Shown piece by piece: positions 1 through 9,155 of a stretch of DNA of 50,946 nt (the stretch's first letter is position 1; each line of letters starts with the position of its first letter). The DNA lies in NCBI GenBank assembly GCA_023665935.1, contig JAMPCZ010000003.1:1-50946 (forward strand), read 5' to 3'. Below the pieces are notes generated by a model, which saw only the letters and a list, made by a program, of their open reading frames with translations, was not told where the DNA came from and did no database searches. Origin of the DNA: Muribaculaceae bacterium (GTDB lineage: Bacteria > Cyanobacteriota > Vampirovibrionia > Gastranaerophilales > Gastranaerophilaceae). The translations under genes and the position numbers were made by a program.

Positions 1-911
1 CTGCTAAAAAATTAAACGAAATCGTTTCAAAACTTGGCAATGATTTGGTTACTTTCGAGATGGAAGGAGGCGGAACAAATGTTAATATTTCTTGTAAAAA
101 ATCAAAATTCGATATAATCGGAATTTCAGCTTCTGAGTTTCCGCCTGAAGTTTCTAACTATCAAATTGATGAAACAAAATGTTTTGATGTTGAATTAAAA
201 CCGTTCTTAAAAGCTATTAAACAAGCAGGTTTTGCTGCTGCAAACTATGAAGTTAGTAATCTTTTATCAGGTATTGTTTGTGATTTTTCTAACGGTATTT
301 TGGAAATAGCTTCAACTGATGGTAACAGGCTTGCTCGTGTCAGAGAAAAAATTAATTCTGATATAACAGAACAAACTCAATTGATTATTCCTTCACGTAC
401 ATTGAATGAGTTTATGAAAATGGGCGGTTTTATTGATGATGAAACAATAAAAGTTTGCAAAGATAATTCAACAATTGTTTTAAAAACAGAAAAAACGCTC
501 ACAGTTTCAAGACTTTTGGAAGGTCAATTCCCTAAATATAACCAGTTGATTCCGTCTGAAAGTCCAAAACAGGCTGTTGTTAATGTTTCTCAATTGATTT
601 CAGCACTTGAACGTGTTTCTGTTATGGTTAATGATAAAACAAGTATTGTGAAAATGCTTTTTGCAGATAATGAATTGACTCTTTCTGCTGATACTCCTGA
701 TTCAGGTAAGTCAGAAGATAAAATTGATATCCAATACACAGCAGAAGAATTGTTGATTGCTTTCAATTACAAATTCGTGCTTGATGCGTTGAGAATAATT
801 GAAAGTGATGAAGTTGTAATCGGTTTGAATGCCAGCCTGTCTGCTACAGTACTTAAACCAAACAGTGAAGATGATTTTATCTGTTTGATTATGCCTGTAC
901 AAATCAGATAG
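1..911 (+). CDS. dnaN: DNA polymerase III beta sliding clamp, C-terminal ~300 aa (5' end lies upstream of the window)
   Basis: The frame is open from nt 3 to the TAG at 909-911, so the track's M at 45 is internal. Clamp signatures: LLEGQFPKYNQLIP, ELTLSADTPDSGKSEDKI, IAFNYKFVLDALR, C-terminal LIMPVQIR. Confidence 0.85.
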   Translation, partial: AKKLNEIVSKLGNDLVTFEMEGGGTNVNISCKKSKFDIIGISASEFPPEVSNYQIDETKCFDVELKPFLKAIKQAGFAAANYEVSNLLSGIVCDFSNGILEIASTDGNRLARVREKINSDITEQTQLIIPSRTLNEFMKMGGFIDDETIKVCKDNSTIVLKTEKTLTVSRLLEGQFPKYNQLIPSESPKQAVVNVSQLISALERVSVMVNDKTSIVKMLFADNELTLSADTPDSGKSEDKIDIQYTAEELLIAFNYKFVLDALRIIESDEVVIGLNASLSATVLKPNSEDDFICLIMPVQIR

Positions 912-924
912 TTCGATATATTTT

Positions 925-949
925 CTACCCTCTCCCCAGGAGAGGGTAG
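925..949. repeat. family C-type perfect hairpin directly after the dnaN stop
   Basis: CTACCCTCTCC-CCA-GGAGAGGGTAG (11-bp stem). No T-run follows. Confidence 0.7.
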
Positions 950-968
950 ACTTAAAGAAAGGAAGAAT

Positions 969-2003
969 ATGACAACAATAGAGAAAGCTGATATAGATTG
1001 GAAGAATTTAGGTTTTGGGTATCAAAAAACCGATAAAAGATATGTTTCTAATTACAAAGATGGTAAATGGGATGAAGGCTGTCTTACGGATGATGAAAAC
1101 ATTGTTCTGAACGAAAGTGCAGGCGTTCTACAGTATGCTCAAACCTGTTTTGAAGGTATGAAAGCTTATACAACGGTTGACGGGCATGTTGTTGTGTTCA
1201 GACCTGATTTGAACGCAAAAAGGATGTATGATACAGCATTAAGATTAGAAATGGCACCGTTTCCGAAAGATAGATTTTTAGAGGCTGTAAAAGAAGTTGT
1301 TAAAGCTAATTTGAGATTTGTACCTCCATACGGAACAGGAGCTTCTTTATACTTAAGACCTTATATGTTTGGTTCTTCACCTGTAATGGGTGTTAAGCCT
1401 GCTGATGAGTACCAATTCAGAATCTTTGCATCTCCTGTTGGACCATATTTTAAAGGCGGAGCAAAACCTATTACATTAAAGGTCAGCGATTTTGACAGAG
1501 CTGCTCCGAACGGTACCGGACATGTTAAGGCTGGTCTAAATTATGCAATGAGTTTACATGCAATTGTAACAGCTCATAAAGAAGGCTATGATGAAAACCT
1601 TTATCCTGATGCTTTGACACGTACCAAAGTTGAAGAAACCGGTGGTGCTAATTTCTTCTTTGTGACTAAAGATAATAAAGTTATTACTCCAAAATCAAAT
1701 ACTATCTTGCCGTCAATCACAAGACGTTCTTTGATGTATGTTGCAAAAGAATATTTGGGCTTGGAAACAGAAGAAAGAGATATTTATTTGACAGAGCTTG
1801 AAGATATGGCTGAATGCGGCTTGTGCGGAACGGCTGCTGTTATTTCTCCTGTCGGTAAGATTGTTGACCATGGTAAAGAAATTTGTTTCCCTTCAGGCAT
1901 GGATGAAATGGGTCCTGTTTCTAAAAAATTATATGATACATTGACAGGAATCCAATCAGGTAAAATAGAAGCTCCTGAAGGCTGGATTGTCAGAATAGAT
2001 TAA
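969..2003 (+). CDS. ilvE: branched-chain amino acid aminotransferase (fold-type IV PLP enzyme)
   Basis: 344 aa. Motifs CFEGMKAY, LYLRPYMFG, catalytic-Lys region GTGHVKAGLNYAMS, EETGGANFFFV, CGTAAVISPV. Confidence 0.85.
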   Translation: MTTIEKADIDWKNLGFGYQKTDKRYVSNYKDGKWDEGCLTDDENIVLNESAGVLQYAQTCFEGMKAYTTVDGHVVVFRPDLNAKRMYDTALRLEMAPFPKDRFLEAVKEVVKANLRFVPPYGTGASLYLRPYMFGSSPVMGVKPADEYQFRIFASPVGPYFKGGAKPITLKVSDFDRAAPNGTGHVKAGLNYAMSLHAIVTAHKEGYDENLYPDALTRTKVEETGGANFFFVTKDNKVITPKSNTILPSITRRSLMYVAKEYLGLETEERDIYLTELEDMAECGLCGTAAVISPVGKIVDHGKEICFPSGMDEMGPVSKKLYDTLTGIQSGKIEAPEGWIVRID

Positions 2004-2013
2004 TATTAATAAA

Positions 2014-2088
2014 AGGCGGAAGGATTCCTGCCGCCGTTAAAATACTCAAAATAAAGAATAGCCGTTATTTCAGCGGCTTTTCTTTTTT
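2014..2088 (+). terminator. two consecutive hairpins downstream of ilvE, the second followed by a T-run
   Basis: GGCGG(2015-2019)/CCGCC(2031-2035) with inner AGG/CCT. Then AGCCG(2060-2064)/CGGCT(2074-2078) followed by TTTCTTTTTT. Stems are short. Confidence 0.45.
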
Positions 2089-2104
2089 GCAAAAATATTA
2101 ATTG

Positions 2105-2122
2105 TAAATTTACGTAAATTTA
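2105..2122. promoter_or_regulatory. perfect 18-bp palindrome TAAATTTACGTAAATTTA upstream of the 843-aa ORF (candidate operator)
   Basis: Read directly from the sequence; the reverse complement equals the sequence itself. It lies 30-60 nt upstream of the candidate starts at 2153 and 2186. AT-rich background makes a chance occurrence possible. Confidence 0.3.
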
Positions 2123-2152
2123 TAGAAAATAATAGTTGCCTTTTTCTTTTAT

Positions 2153-4684
2153 ATGAAAGAGAATACTAAAAAACGGAAGTGTGAAATGTTAGTAAATAGT
2201 GTGCCAAAATTTCGAATAGAAAAAGAACGATACAGAGAGGAATATTTGTCCCCAAAATCTCAGGCATTACTCTCCTCTCAAAAAAGTATTTCAAAATTTA
2301 ATAATTCAGATATTAAGAGACCTTTAAAAACAAATCATCAAGATTTAAGTTTTAAAGGTCTTTCTTTATTATATAAACCTGTTAATACATACAGTAAAAA
2401 AGCTTTTCTTGATTTTGCAGATAAACATATCGGAAAAATGGGTCGTGAACTCTTCACTGATATCACAGAAAAACACGCAGCAGATACAAGAAAATTAATT
2501 ACTGTTGATGGTGATAATATTAGTATTAACAAAAAAACAATGCTGCATCTTGCTTGGGACGGTCTGATTTATCCGATTAAAGTTTTGCCGGGTGATATGC
2601 TTAACGGATTTTTTGAATTATTGGCAAAAGTTCCGGGACTAAAAAAATTTGCATCAAATATTCTTGAAAAGCCAATGTTTAAAAATATTAGACAACGTTC
2701 AAAAATCGATTCAAAAGTTAATTCTCTAATCGGTATGATTAGATTTAAGGATATCAAACTTCAAGATGCGCTGAAAAAATTTGCAAAAGAACATGATATT
2801 CCTGTCGATAAGATTTCAGCTAAAGATAGAGCTGAAATTGTACAAAAAATAGAATCTAAAATGGATTCGGATATTTTAAAAACCGAATTAAAGCAATTCG
2901 ATCCAAAATCAGGCAATTATGATACAAAACATGAAAGATCATTAAACAGATTAGTTTCAGGTATGCCACCGGCAATATTTTTGGCAAACGATGCTTACAA
3001 CCTATCAAGAATGATGGATGATGATTCCAAGGCGGCTGATAAAGAAAGGAAAACAAGGTTTAAGCAGGAAACAAGCAGAATCCTTACCAGTGGTTATCTG
3101 ACATTGATTACAATGGGAGCATTCCAAAATCTGATTAACAAATCAAAAGCCGGTATTGTGCTTGTTACAGGGCTGACAGTTTTAGTGACAGAAATGTTTT
3201 CACGTTTGTCTAACGGAAAACATATTAAGAAATTAACCCCTGAAGAAGCAAGAAAAGAAAATGAAATGACTCATGCTCCGGAAGCTAAGATTAAGCCGGT
3301 AAAAGACCAAGTATCTTCAACAGGTGCAATTTCAAAACCTGATAAGCAGAAAGAGCAGCAAAAACCATTGTTATCATTTGATACTTTGATTAAGGGTTCT
3401 GCTATTGTTCTCGGTACCGGTTATGGAATCAAAGCTGTTAAACATCTTCCTGCCGTTCAAAAAGCTGCATTGAGATATTTTGAAGATATGAAACTTAATA
3501 ATCCTCAAAAGTATGCTGAACTTGAAGTAGAAAAAGCTTTTGACAAATTAAAAGACGGATTCAAAGGTATTAAACCTAAAAAAGTTGAAACAATGAGCGA
3601 ATCTGATTTAGATACAAAATTTGCAGTCAAAGTATTTGAGGATAAAGTTTTATACAGACCGTTTACACAGTTGTATAAAAATCTTACAGAAAAACCATTC
3701 CTGGTCGAACCTGAGAAATTTAATCAAGTTGTAAAAACCTTGCGTGAAAGCGGATTTGAAAGACTTGCGGACAGATACGCTGCAGCGGTTGAACCTATTG
3801 AAAAAGACGGCAGAATGGTTATTGACCTGGGTAAAAGAGATAAAGATTTTAAGGTTCCATTCTCAAATCAAAGCGTTTCAGTAAAACCGTTTGTTAATTT
3901 TGTTATCGCGCCATTCAAGTTTATTTGGAATACAATTACTCTTCCTTACTGGATGATTGATGAAAAATTGCTCGGAGTTTTTGCTAAAAAAGCTTCAAAA
4001 TCTACTAAAGACGTGGAGGCTATAGCAAACAGTTTTGACAGAATTACAAGACAAGCAGAAAAACTTGCTAAAGGCAAACTTACACCAAAACAATTTGAGG
4101 ATTTTGTCCAAGTTAATCTGCTAAAAGGATTCAACCAGGATTCATTGTCAAGTGTATCTAATGCTGAATTATCTAATCTTGCAAAAACAGCAGCATCAAT
4201 TGCTACAATTTGGTTCTTGATGACTGATAATTATAATATGGTTATGTTAAAGTCTAACGGTAATGACAAAGAAGGCGCAAATGCCAAGTTTAAAGAAAGA
4301 TTTGTTCAAGAAGGTTCAAGGTTGTTCTATCAAACACTGTTGATTGATTTGTTTAATTCAACATTCAGAAATCAGTACAATTCATCACTTATGGGAATGA
4401 GTGTTGTCACACTTGTAGACACAACATTGGGTGAAATGCTAACTCGTTCTTCTGTCGGTACTCCGATAAAAGCACATACACGTGATGAGTTGATTGATAT
4501 TGAAACCAGACAAAATAATTCAACAGGATTTAAGAAAAAGTATTACAAATTTATGCAAAGATTGACAGGTAAACGTTCAATTAAATCTTATGAAGTTGCT
4601 CCAAAGAATGCTACGAAATCATCTCCGGCATTATCTTCGCCAATAAAACCTGATAAAAATGTATTCTTTAAGCAAAATGTTTAA
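2153..4684 (+). CDS. large K-rich hypothetical membrane-associated protein (843 aa), no family recognised
   Basis: Long uninterrupted ORF. Hydrophobic segments: YLTLITMGAFQNL, GIVLVTGLTVLVTEMF, FVNFVIAPFKFIWNTITLPYW, ASIATIWFLM, LMGMSVVTLV. It carries an internally duplicated module (see findings). The ATG at 2186 (M12) has a better SD (GGAAG 2175-2179) than 2153. Confidence 0.6.
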   Translation: MKENTKKRKCEMLVNSVPKFRIEKERYREEYLSPKSQALLSSQKSISKFNNSDIKRPLKTNHQDLSFKGLSLLYKPVNTYSKKAFLDFADKHIGKMGRELFTDITEKHAADTRKLITVDGDNISINKKTMLHLAWDGLIYPIKVLPGDMLNGFFELLAKVPGLKKFASNILEKPMFKNIRQRSKIDSKVNSLIGMIRFKDIKLQDALKKFAKEHDIPVDKISAKDRAEIVQKIESKMDSDILKTELKQFDPKSGNYDTKHERSLNRLVSGMPPAIFLANDAYNLSRMMDDDSKAADKERKTRFKQETSRILTSGYLTLITMGAFQNLINKSKAGIVLVTGLTVLVTEMFSRLSNGKHIKKLTPEEARKENEMTHAPEAKIKPVKDQVSSTGAISKPDKQKEQQKPLLSFDTLIKGSAIVLGTGYGIKAVKHLPAVQKAALRYFEDMKLNNPQKYAELEVEKAFDKLKDGFKGIKPKKVETMSESDLDTKFAVKVFEDKVLYRPFTQLYKNLTEKPFLVEPEKFNQVVKTLRESGFERLADRYAAAVEPIEKDGRMVIDLGKRDKDFKVPFSNQSVSVKPFVNFVIAPFKFIWNTITLPYWMIDEKLLGVFAKKASKSTKDVEAIANSFDRITRQAEKLAKGKLTPKQFEDFVQVNLLKGFNQDSLSSVSNAELSNLAKTAASIATIWFLMTDNYNMVMLKSNGNDKEGANAKFKERFVQEGSRLFYQTLLIDLFNSTFRNQYNSSLMGMSVVTLVDTTLGEMLTRSSVGTPIKAHTRDELIDIETRQNNSTGFKKKYYKFMQRLTGKRSIKSYEVAPKNATKSSPALSSPIKPDKNVFFKQNV

Positions 4685-4760
4685 ATTGTCGAGTGAAAAA
4701 TTTGTCATTAAAACTGACGCCAAAGGTATTATCTTGAACTTGTTTCAGAATCTTAAAAGC

Positions 4761-4836
4761 TGGATTGCTTCACAATCGTTTGCAATGACGGATTTGTTCA
4801 AAAGTACATGTCATTCTGAGCGTAGCGAAGCATCCC
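4761..4836. repeat. intergenic repeat fragments: family B right half plus family A left half
   Basis: TGGATTGCTTCACAATCGTTTGCAATGACG (4761-4790) and GTCATTCTGAGCGTAGCGAAGCATCCC (4810-4836). They account for the spurious ORF 4659..4844 (..CHSERSEASQK). Confidence 0.7.
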
Positions 4837-4844
4837 AAAAATAA

Positions 4845-4867
4845 AAGACCGAAAGTTCTTCGGTCTT
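4845..4867 (-). terminator. rho-independent terminator (9-bp stem, 5-nt loop) between convergent genes
   Basis: AAGACCGAA-AGTTC-TTCGGTCTT. On the minus strand it is followed by TTATTTTTG, so it best fits the 63-aa minus-strand gene. It may also stop the 843-aa gene transcript. Confidence 0.6.
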
Positions 4868-4896
4868 AAAAATTTTGCTTTTATTATGTAAAAATC

Positions 4897-5088
4897 TTAT
4901 TTTTTAACGTCATCTTTAATAACGATTAAGTTATTCATAATTTTCATAGCACAAGTCGGAAGTACAACATGTTCCAATCCGTCAGCAATACCAATAATTT
5001 TGCCGGCACCAAGCACAACTTCTTCTCCTTTGTACATGAATTTGTAATCTGTTTCTCTGTCTGAACGAATAGTGATTTTTTCTGTCAT
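4897..5088 (-). CDS. small hypothetical protein (63 aa)
   Basis: ORF followed by a good terminator. No motif recognised. Confidence 0.4.
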   Translation of the reverse strand: MTEKITIRSDRETDYKFMYKGEEVVLGAGKIIGIADGLEHVVLPTCAMKIMNNLIVIKDDVKK

Positions 5089-5270
5089 AATTTACCCCTT
5101 AAATATCGGTTACAGTAAGCTATTATAACCGATAATCACCTAAAAATCAAGGGTTTATATAAAAATTAAAAAAAAGAATTATGAATATATGTTACAAATA
5201 TTTCCAAAACTGAAATTGATCGCAAAATAATCTTTTTATATTTATATAAGAGAATACAAGGAGAGCGATA

Positions 5271-5651
5271 ATGGCTAAAGTGGAAGATATTAAATCTGTT
5301 GATGAACTTCGAAAAGCGCAGGCAGCCGCCCAAGCACAAGGTGTTCAGCTAACGAATTATTCTCAATGGGAGCAAATTCTTGAAGATTTAGATACGGCAG
5401 GAATCGAATCTACCGGGTCTTTTGAGGGTGATGTTAAGCTTCATTCTCAAATAATGGCAAAAATAGAAAACTTTATTGAAGAAACCAAAGAGGCGCAAAA
5501 ACAGCAGGAAATCCATCCAAAACACGATGAAACTTCAAAAGTTGATAATAAAACATCTCAAGATAAAGAACAAGTTATCAAAGCAAATATTGTTAACGGT
5601 GTAAGTTCTGACATTATGTCAAATTATATGAAATTTTATCACATGCTTTAA
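5271..5651 (+). CDS. acidic/K-rich hypothetical protein (126 aa)
   Basis: ORF with SD-like AAGGAGAG about 8 nt upstream of the ATG. No family recognised. Its 3' end overlaps the lepB stop convergently. Confidence 0.45.
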   Translation: MAKVEDIKSVDELRKAQAAAQAQGVQLTNYSQWEQILEDLDTAGIESTGSFEGDVKLHSQIMAKIENFIEETKEAQKQQEIHPKHDETSKVDNKTSQDKEQVIKANIVNGVSSDIMSNYMKFYHML

Positions 5652-6451
5652 TCAATATTTGTATCTTTTAATCTGTGGAGAATTTTTATTCTGTTCAGCG
5701 GCCAAAAAACATTAACTGCACGACCGACGAATCTGTCACGTTTCAATGTTCCCCAATAGCGGCTGTCTTGAGAGTTTCCGCGATTGTCACCCATCATAAA
5801 ATAGCTGTCTTTGTCTAAATAAAACGGTCCGCAGCTTATTGTCGTGCCATCCGCCAAATATACAGGCAGAGAGTCTTCTGACGGGCATGGTGTGTATTCA
5901 TAAACGCTTTTGATGTAATCCTCTTCGTATTTTTTGTCGTTAATATAAACAAAAGCAGCTCCACTTGGTTCAAATTTTATTTCTACTTTATCACCGGGAA
6001 CACCTACTACTCTTTTTATATACGCAATATCTTTACAAAGAATTCCTGTAAGTCTTGACAGTAGCGGCAAAGGTTTTCTTGAAAGCTCGGTTGACGGCGG
6101 ATAAAATACCATTATATCGCCGCGTTTAGGGTCTGAAAAGAACCTTGAGAATCTTTCAACAATAATTCTGTCACCTTCAATAAGTGTTGGTTTCATTGAA
6201 CCTGATGGAATCCAGCGGATTTCTCCGACATAAAATCTGATAATTATTACCATCACGACTACAAAAACTATTGTTTCTACAATTTCGCAAAAAGCACTTT
6301 CTTTGTATTTTTTCCAGCCGGCTTCAAGTTTTTCTAATTTTTCTTGGTTTTTTATTGATTGTTTTGCCTTGAAACCAAGCCACCATGCAGCTTGTTTTTC
6401 TTTGATTTTAGTTTTATACGCTTCACAGATTTCGTTTATTTTTCTAAACAT
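5648..6451 (-). CDS. lepB: signal peptidase I
   Basis: N-terminal TM segment followed by the S26 motifs IPSGSMKPTL, GDRIIVERF, YIKRVVGVPGD, MGDNRGNSQDSRYWG. Confidence 0.85.
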   Translation of the reverse strand: MFRKINEICEAYKTKIKEKQAAWWLGFKAKQSIKNQEKLEKLEAGWKKYKESAFCEIVETIVFVVVMVIIIRFYVGEIRWIPSGSMKPTLIEGDRIIVERFSRFFSDPKRGDIMVFYPPSTELSRKPLPLLSRLTGILCKDIAYIKRVVGVPGDKVEIKFEPSGAAFVYINDKKYEEDYIKSVYEYTPCPSEDSLPVYLADGTTISCGPFYLDKDSYFMMGDNRGNSQDSRYWGTLKRDRFVGRAVNVFWPLNRIKILHRLKDTNID

Positions 6452-7322
6452 TATTTAAAAGCTCCAAAAGTTCCAATAATGCTGTTTTGTAAATGTTTTC
6501 AGGCAATTCTCTGATTTCATTTTCAGCATATTTTATATAATTATTCAACAAAACCTTGGTTTTTTCAATACCGAGTGATAAATCGGTAGTGTTTTGTGCA
6601 AAAATAACCGGTGCATTATAAATTCCGTCTTCGATATCGTTATTGGTCGGCTTTTGCCCATTTGGCGGGGCTAAATTCAATAAATCATCTCTGATTTGGA
6701 ACGCGGTGCCAAAATTTAATCCAAATTCGGATTTTTTGGTTTCAAAGCTAGATATATCAAGTATTTCACAACAAACTATTGCGGTATCAAAAAGATACGA
6801 AGTTTTAGCTTTTGTTTTATTAATATAATCCTCAATTGTGCCGATTTTGAAACGGTCAAAATTCTGATTAATTTCGCCGATGCACATTTGTTTTATTGTG
6901 TTGATAAAGGTTTTTATAACTTCAATGTTGTTAAGCTCTGTTAGAATTTCCATAGTGCATGAAATTAGGTAATCTCCTGATATGACAGCAAGTTTGTTAT
7001 CAAATTCTGCACAAAGAGTTTTATGACCGCGTCTTAGCTTACTTTCGTCGATAATATCATCATGAACAAGTGACGCATTATGCACCAGTTCAATCGCGCT
7101 TAAAACTTTTAGTTGATTGTCGGTCAATTCTTTTCCTTGGGCTTTGAGGTATAGAATTGCCACAAGTGGTCTGATACGTTTTGAAGATTGAGTCAAAAAA
7201 TCTTTCAAATACGAATTTAGCGGCTCCTTTGTATTTATAATGGAAACCATTTTCTCTTGAATTATGTCCAGTTCTTTTTGTCCGAACTGTTTGATTTTTA
7301 GGTATTTTTCATTAAATGTCAT
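6444..7322 (-). CDS. polyprenyl diphosphate synthase (trans-isoprenyl diphosphate synthase family)
   Basis: First and second Asp-rich motifs LVHDDIIDES and FQIRDDLLN. 292 aa. Product chain length cannot be told from the sequence. Confidence 0.8.
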   Translation of the reverse strand: MTFNEKYLKIKQFGQKELDIIQEKMVSIINTKEPLNSYLKDFLTQSSKRIRPLVAILYLKAQGKELTDNQLKVLSAIELVHNASLVHDDIIDESKLRRGHKTLCAEFDNKLAVISGDYLISCTMEILTELNNIEVIKTFINTIKQMCIGEINQNFDRFKIGTIEDYINKTKAKTSYLFDTAIVCCEILDISSFETKKSEFGLNFGTAFQIRDDLLNLAPPNGQKPTNNDIEDGIYNAPVIFAQNTTDLSLGIEKTKVLLNNYIKYAENEIRELPENIYKTALLELLELLNNV

Positions 7323-7323
7323 G

Positions 7324-8208
7324 TTATTTGTTTTTGTTCAGTTTTAAATAGTTTACTTTGTCCCAGCTTAAATCAATATACTTAATTTGGGTATCAACAT
7401 CTTTAATTTGCGGCAGAATTGTATGTATTCTTTTAATCCTTTCAAATACCGAACTGTCTAATGTTCCCAAGCGGAGGCTTGTGGTTTTTATTTTGACGTA
7501 AACATCGTTTGGATTGCGCATATCTATGTATTCAACTTTTTCATTCGAATATTTTTCGATAGCTTTTACAATTTCTTCTATTTCTTCAACTTTTTTGACA
7601 GACCAGTCTTTTTTAAAGTTGGCTGTATTGGTTAAAATTTTTAGAATATTTGAATTGTTTGGCAGAATCATGTAAGGTTTTGCGGAAAGTAAGAACCCGT
7701 CAGATGTAAATATAGCGGCAGCTTTCGCATTCATATCCGTTTTGATTACTGCAATCGGGGTTCGCTCTTTTACAATAATTTGGATTCTTGCCGGGAAGCC
7801 GTAGCGTCTTACGTAAATATTTTTTATAATAGGATGATTAAGAAAAAGTTTTTTCTTAATTGGTTTGACTCTCATCAGGAATATTGGCAGCTTTGAAACT
7901 TTGATATCCTTCAGTGAATCATACATTACCCCGCTCGGTGTAATTTGATTGTTAAGAATTTCGACAGTATTTCCGTCAGGTTTTTTGAATGTATCGGCAG
8001 GCAGATACCACTGTGGAAGCATGAAGATTTCATAACTCAGAAACAGAAGTGCCGCAAGGGTTAAGAACCTTAAAACAGATTTCAAACGGTTAACTTTTTT
8101 ACGTTTTTTTCTGATTTTCCGTTCTGTTTGCTTGCGTTTAACAGAGTTTTTCTGTGTTGAAAACTCGTCATTTTTCTTTTTGCGGTTGTCAAAATTTGAC
8201 TCAGTCAT
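7324..8208 (-). CDS. ftsQ: cell division protein FtsQ/DivIB-like (basic N-terminus, TM, POTRA)
   Basis: Sits immediately downstream of ddl in a dcw-type string. Single TM LRFLTLAALLFLSYEIFML. POTRA-like IKNIYVRRYGFPARIQIIVKERTPIAVI. Confidence 0.7.
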   Translation of the reverse strand: MTESNFDNRKKKNDEFSTQKNSVKRKQTERKIRKKRKKVNRLKSVLRFLTLAALLFLSYEIFMLPQWYLPADTFKKPDGNTVEILNNQITPSGVMYDSLKDIKVSKLPIFLMRVKPIKKKLFLNHPIIKNIYVRRYGFPARIQIIVKERTPIAVIKTDMNAKAAAIFTSDGFLLSAKPYMILPNNSNILKILTNTANFKKDWSVKKVEEIEEIVKAIEKYSNEKVEYIDMRNPNDVYVKIKTTSLRLGTLDSSVFERIKRIHTILPQIKDVDTQIKYIDLSWDKVNYLKLNKNK

Positions 8209-9155
8209 TATTTATTTAATCCTGCTCCGTTCAAAATTATTTCTACTAATTTGTCATAAGTTATACCCATTGCAGCAGATTGTGCCGGAAGGTCGCTTGT
8301 TTCAGTCATTCCCGGAGAAGTATTGATTTCCAGCACATAAGGAATTCCGTCAACGATGTGAAAATCAACTCTTGATAATCCCTTACAACCCGCTGTATGG
8401 AATGCTTTTACTGCAATTTCTTTAACTTTTTTAGTCATTTCTTCAGACAATTCCGCCGGTACTATGAATTCAGTCATCCCTTTAGTATATTTGCACTCAT
8501 AATCGTACCATTCATGTTTTGGGCGCATTTCAAGAATTTCTGTTGCAAATAATCCGTCAGAGCCTTCTAAAACGCCGACTGTTGCGGCTGTTCCGACCAA
8601 ATATTCCTCTATTAAAACATCGTCATTGTATTTTATGGCATCTTGGTAAGCTTTTTCAAGTTCGTCAGGTGTGTTAACCTTTGTCATTCCAAAACTTGAA
8701 CCTTCGCATACAGGTTTTGTAATCAGCGGGTATTTTAACCCTTTTGTCTTTTCAGTGACGTCGTTACCTTTTTGTACAAAAACTGATTTTATGAGTGGAA
8801 TATCAGGACAAGTTGAAAGAATGCGTTTTGTGTATTCTTTGTTCATGCAAACTGATGAAGCCATGACTCCGCAGCCTGTGTACGGGATTTGTAAGATTTC
8901 TAAAATCCCTTGAATACAACCGTCTTCGCCGTATTTACCATGAAGTGCATTATAGGCATAAGCGTATTTGCCGTCTTTAAGCTTTTGGGCTATGTTTTCA
9001 TCAACTTCAACAAGTTCGGCATTTTTATATCCGAGTCTTTGCAACGCTTCAAAACAACCTTTGCCGGAACGTCTTGAAACTTCTGCTTCGCTTGACATTC
9101 CGCCGCATAGTACTGCGATTTTTGCTTCTTTATTTATTTTTTCATAGTTTGCCAT
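8208..9155 (-). CDS. ddl: D-alanine--D-alanine ligase
   Basis: IAVLCGGMSSEAEVS, HGKYGEDGCIQGILE, ATP-grasp PLITKPVCEGSSFGMTKV, VLEINTSPGMTETS. Confidence 0.9.
   Translation of the reverse strand: MANYEKINKEAKIAVLCGGMSSEAEVSRRSGKGCFEALQRLGYKNAELVEVDENIAQKLKDGKYAYAYNALHGKYGEDGCIQGILEILQIPYTGCGVMASSVCMNKEYTKRILSTCPDIPLIKSVFVQKGNDVTEKTKGLKYPLITKPVCEGSSFGMTKVNTPDELEKAYQDAIKYNDDVLIEEYLVGTAATVGVLEGSDGLFATEILEMRPKHEWYDYECKYTKGMTEFIVPAELSEEMTKKVKEIAVKAFHTAGCKGLSRVDFHIVDGIPYVLEINTSPGMTETSDLPAQSAAMGITYDKLVEIILNGAGLNK

Noticed and set aside
4659-4844. 61-aa ORF in the track overlapping the end of the 843-aa gene
   Set aside because: Its coding potential comes entirely from family A/B repeat fragments (..FAMTD.., CHSERSEASQK). 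It has no SD, and the same peptide strings arise wherever the repeats occur.
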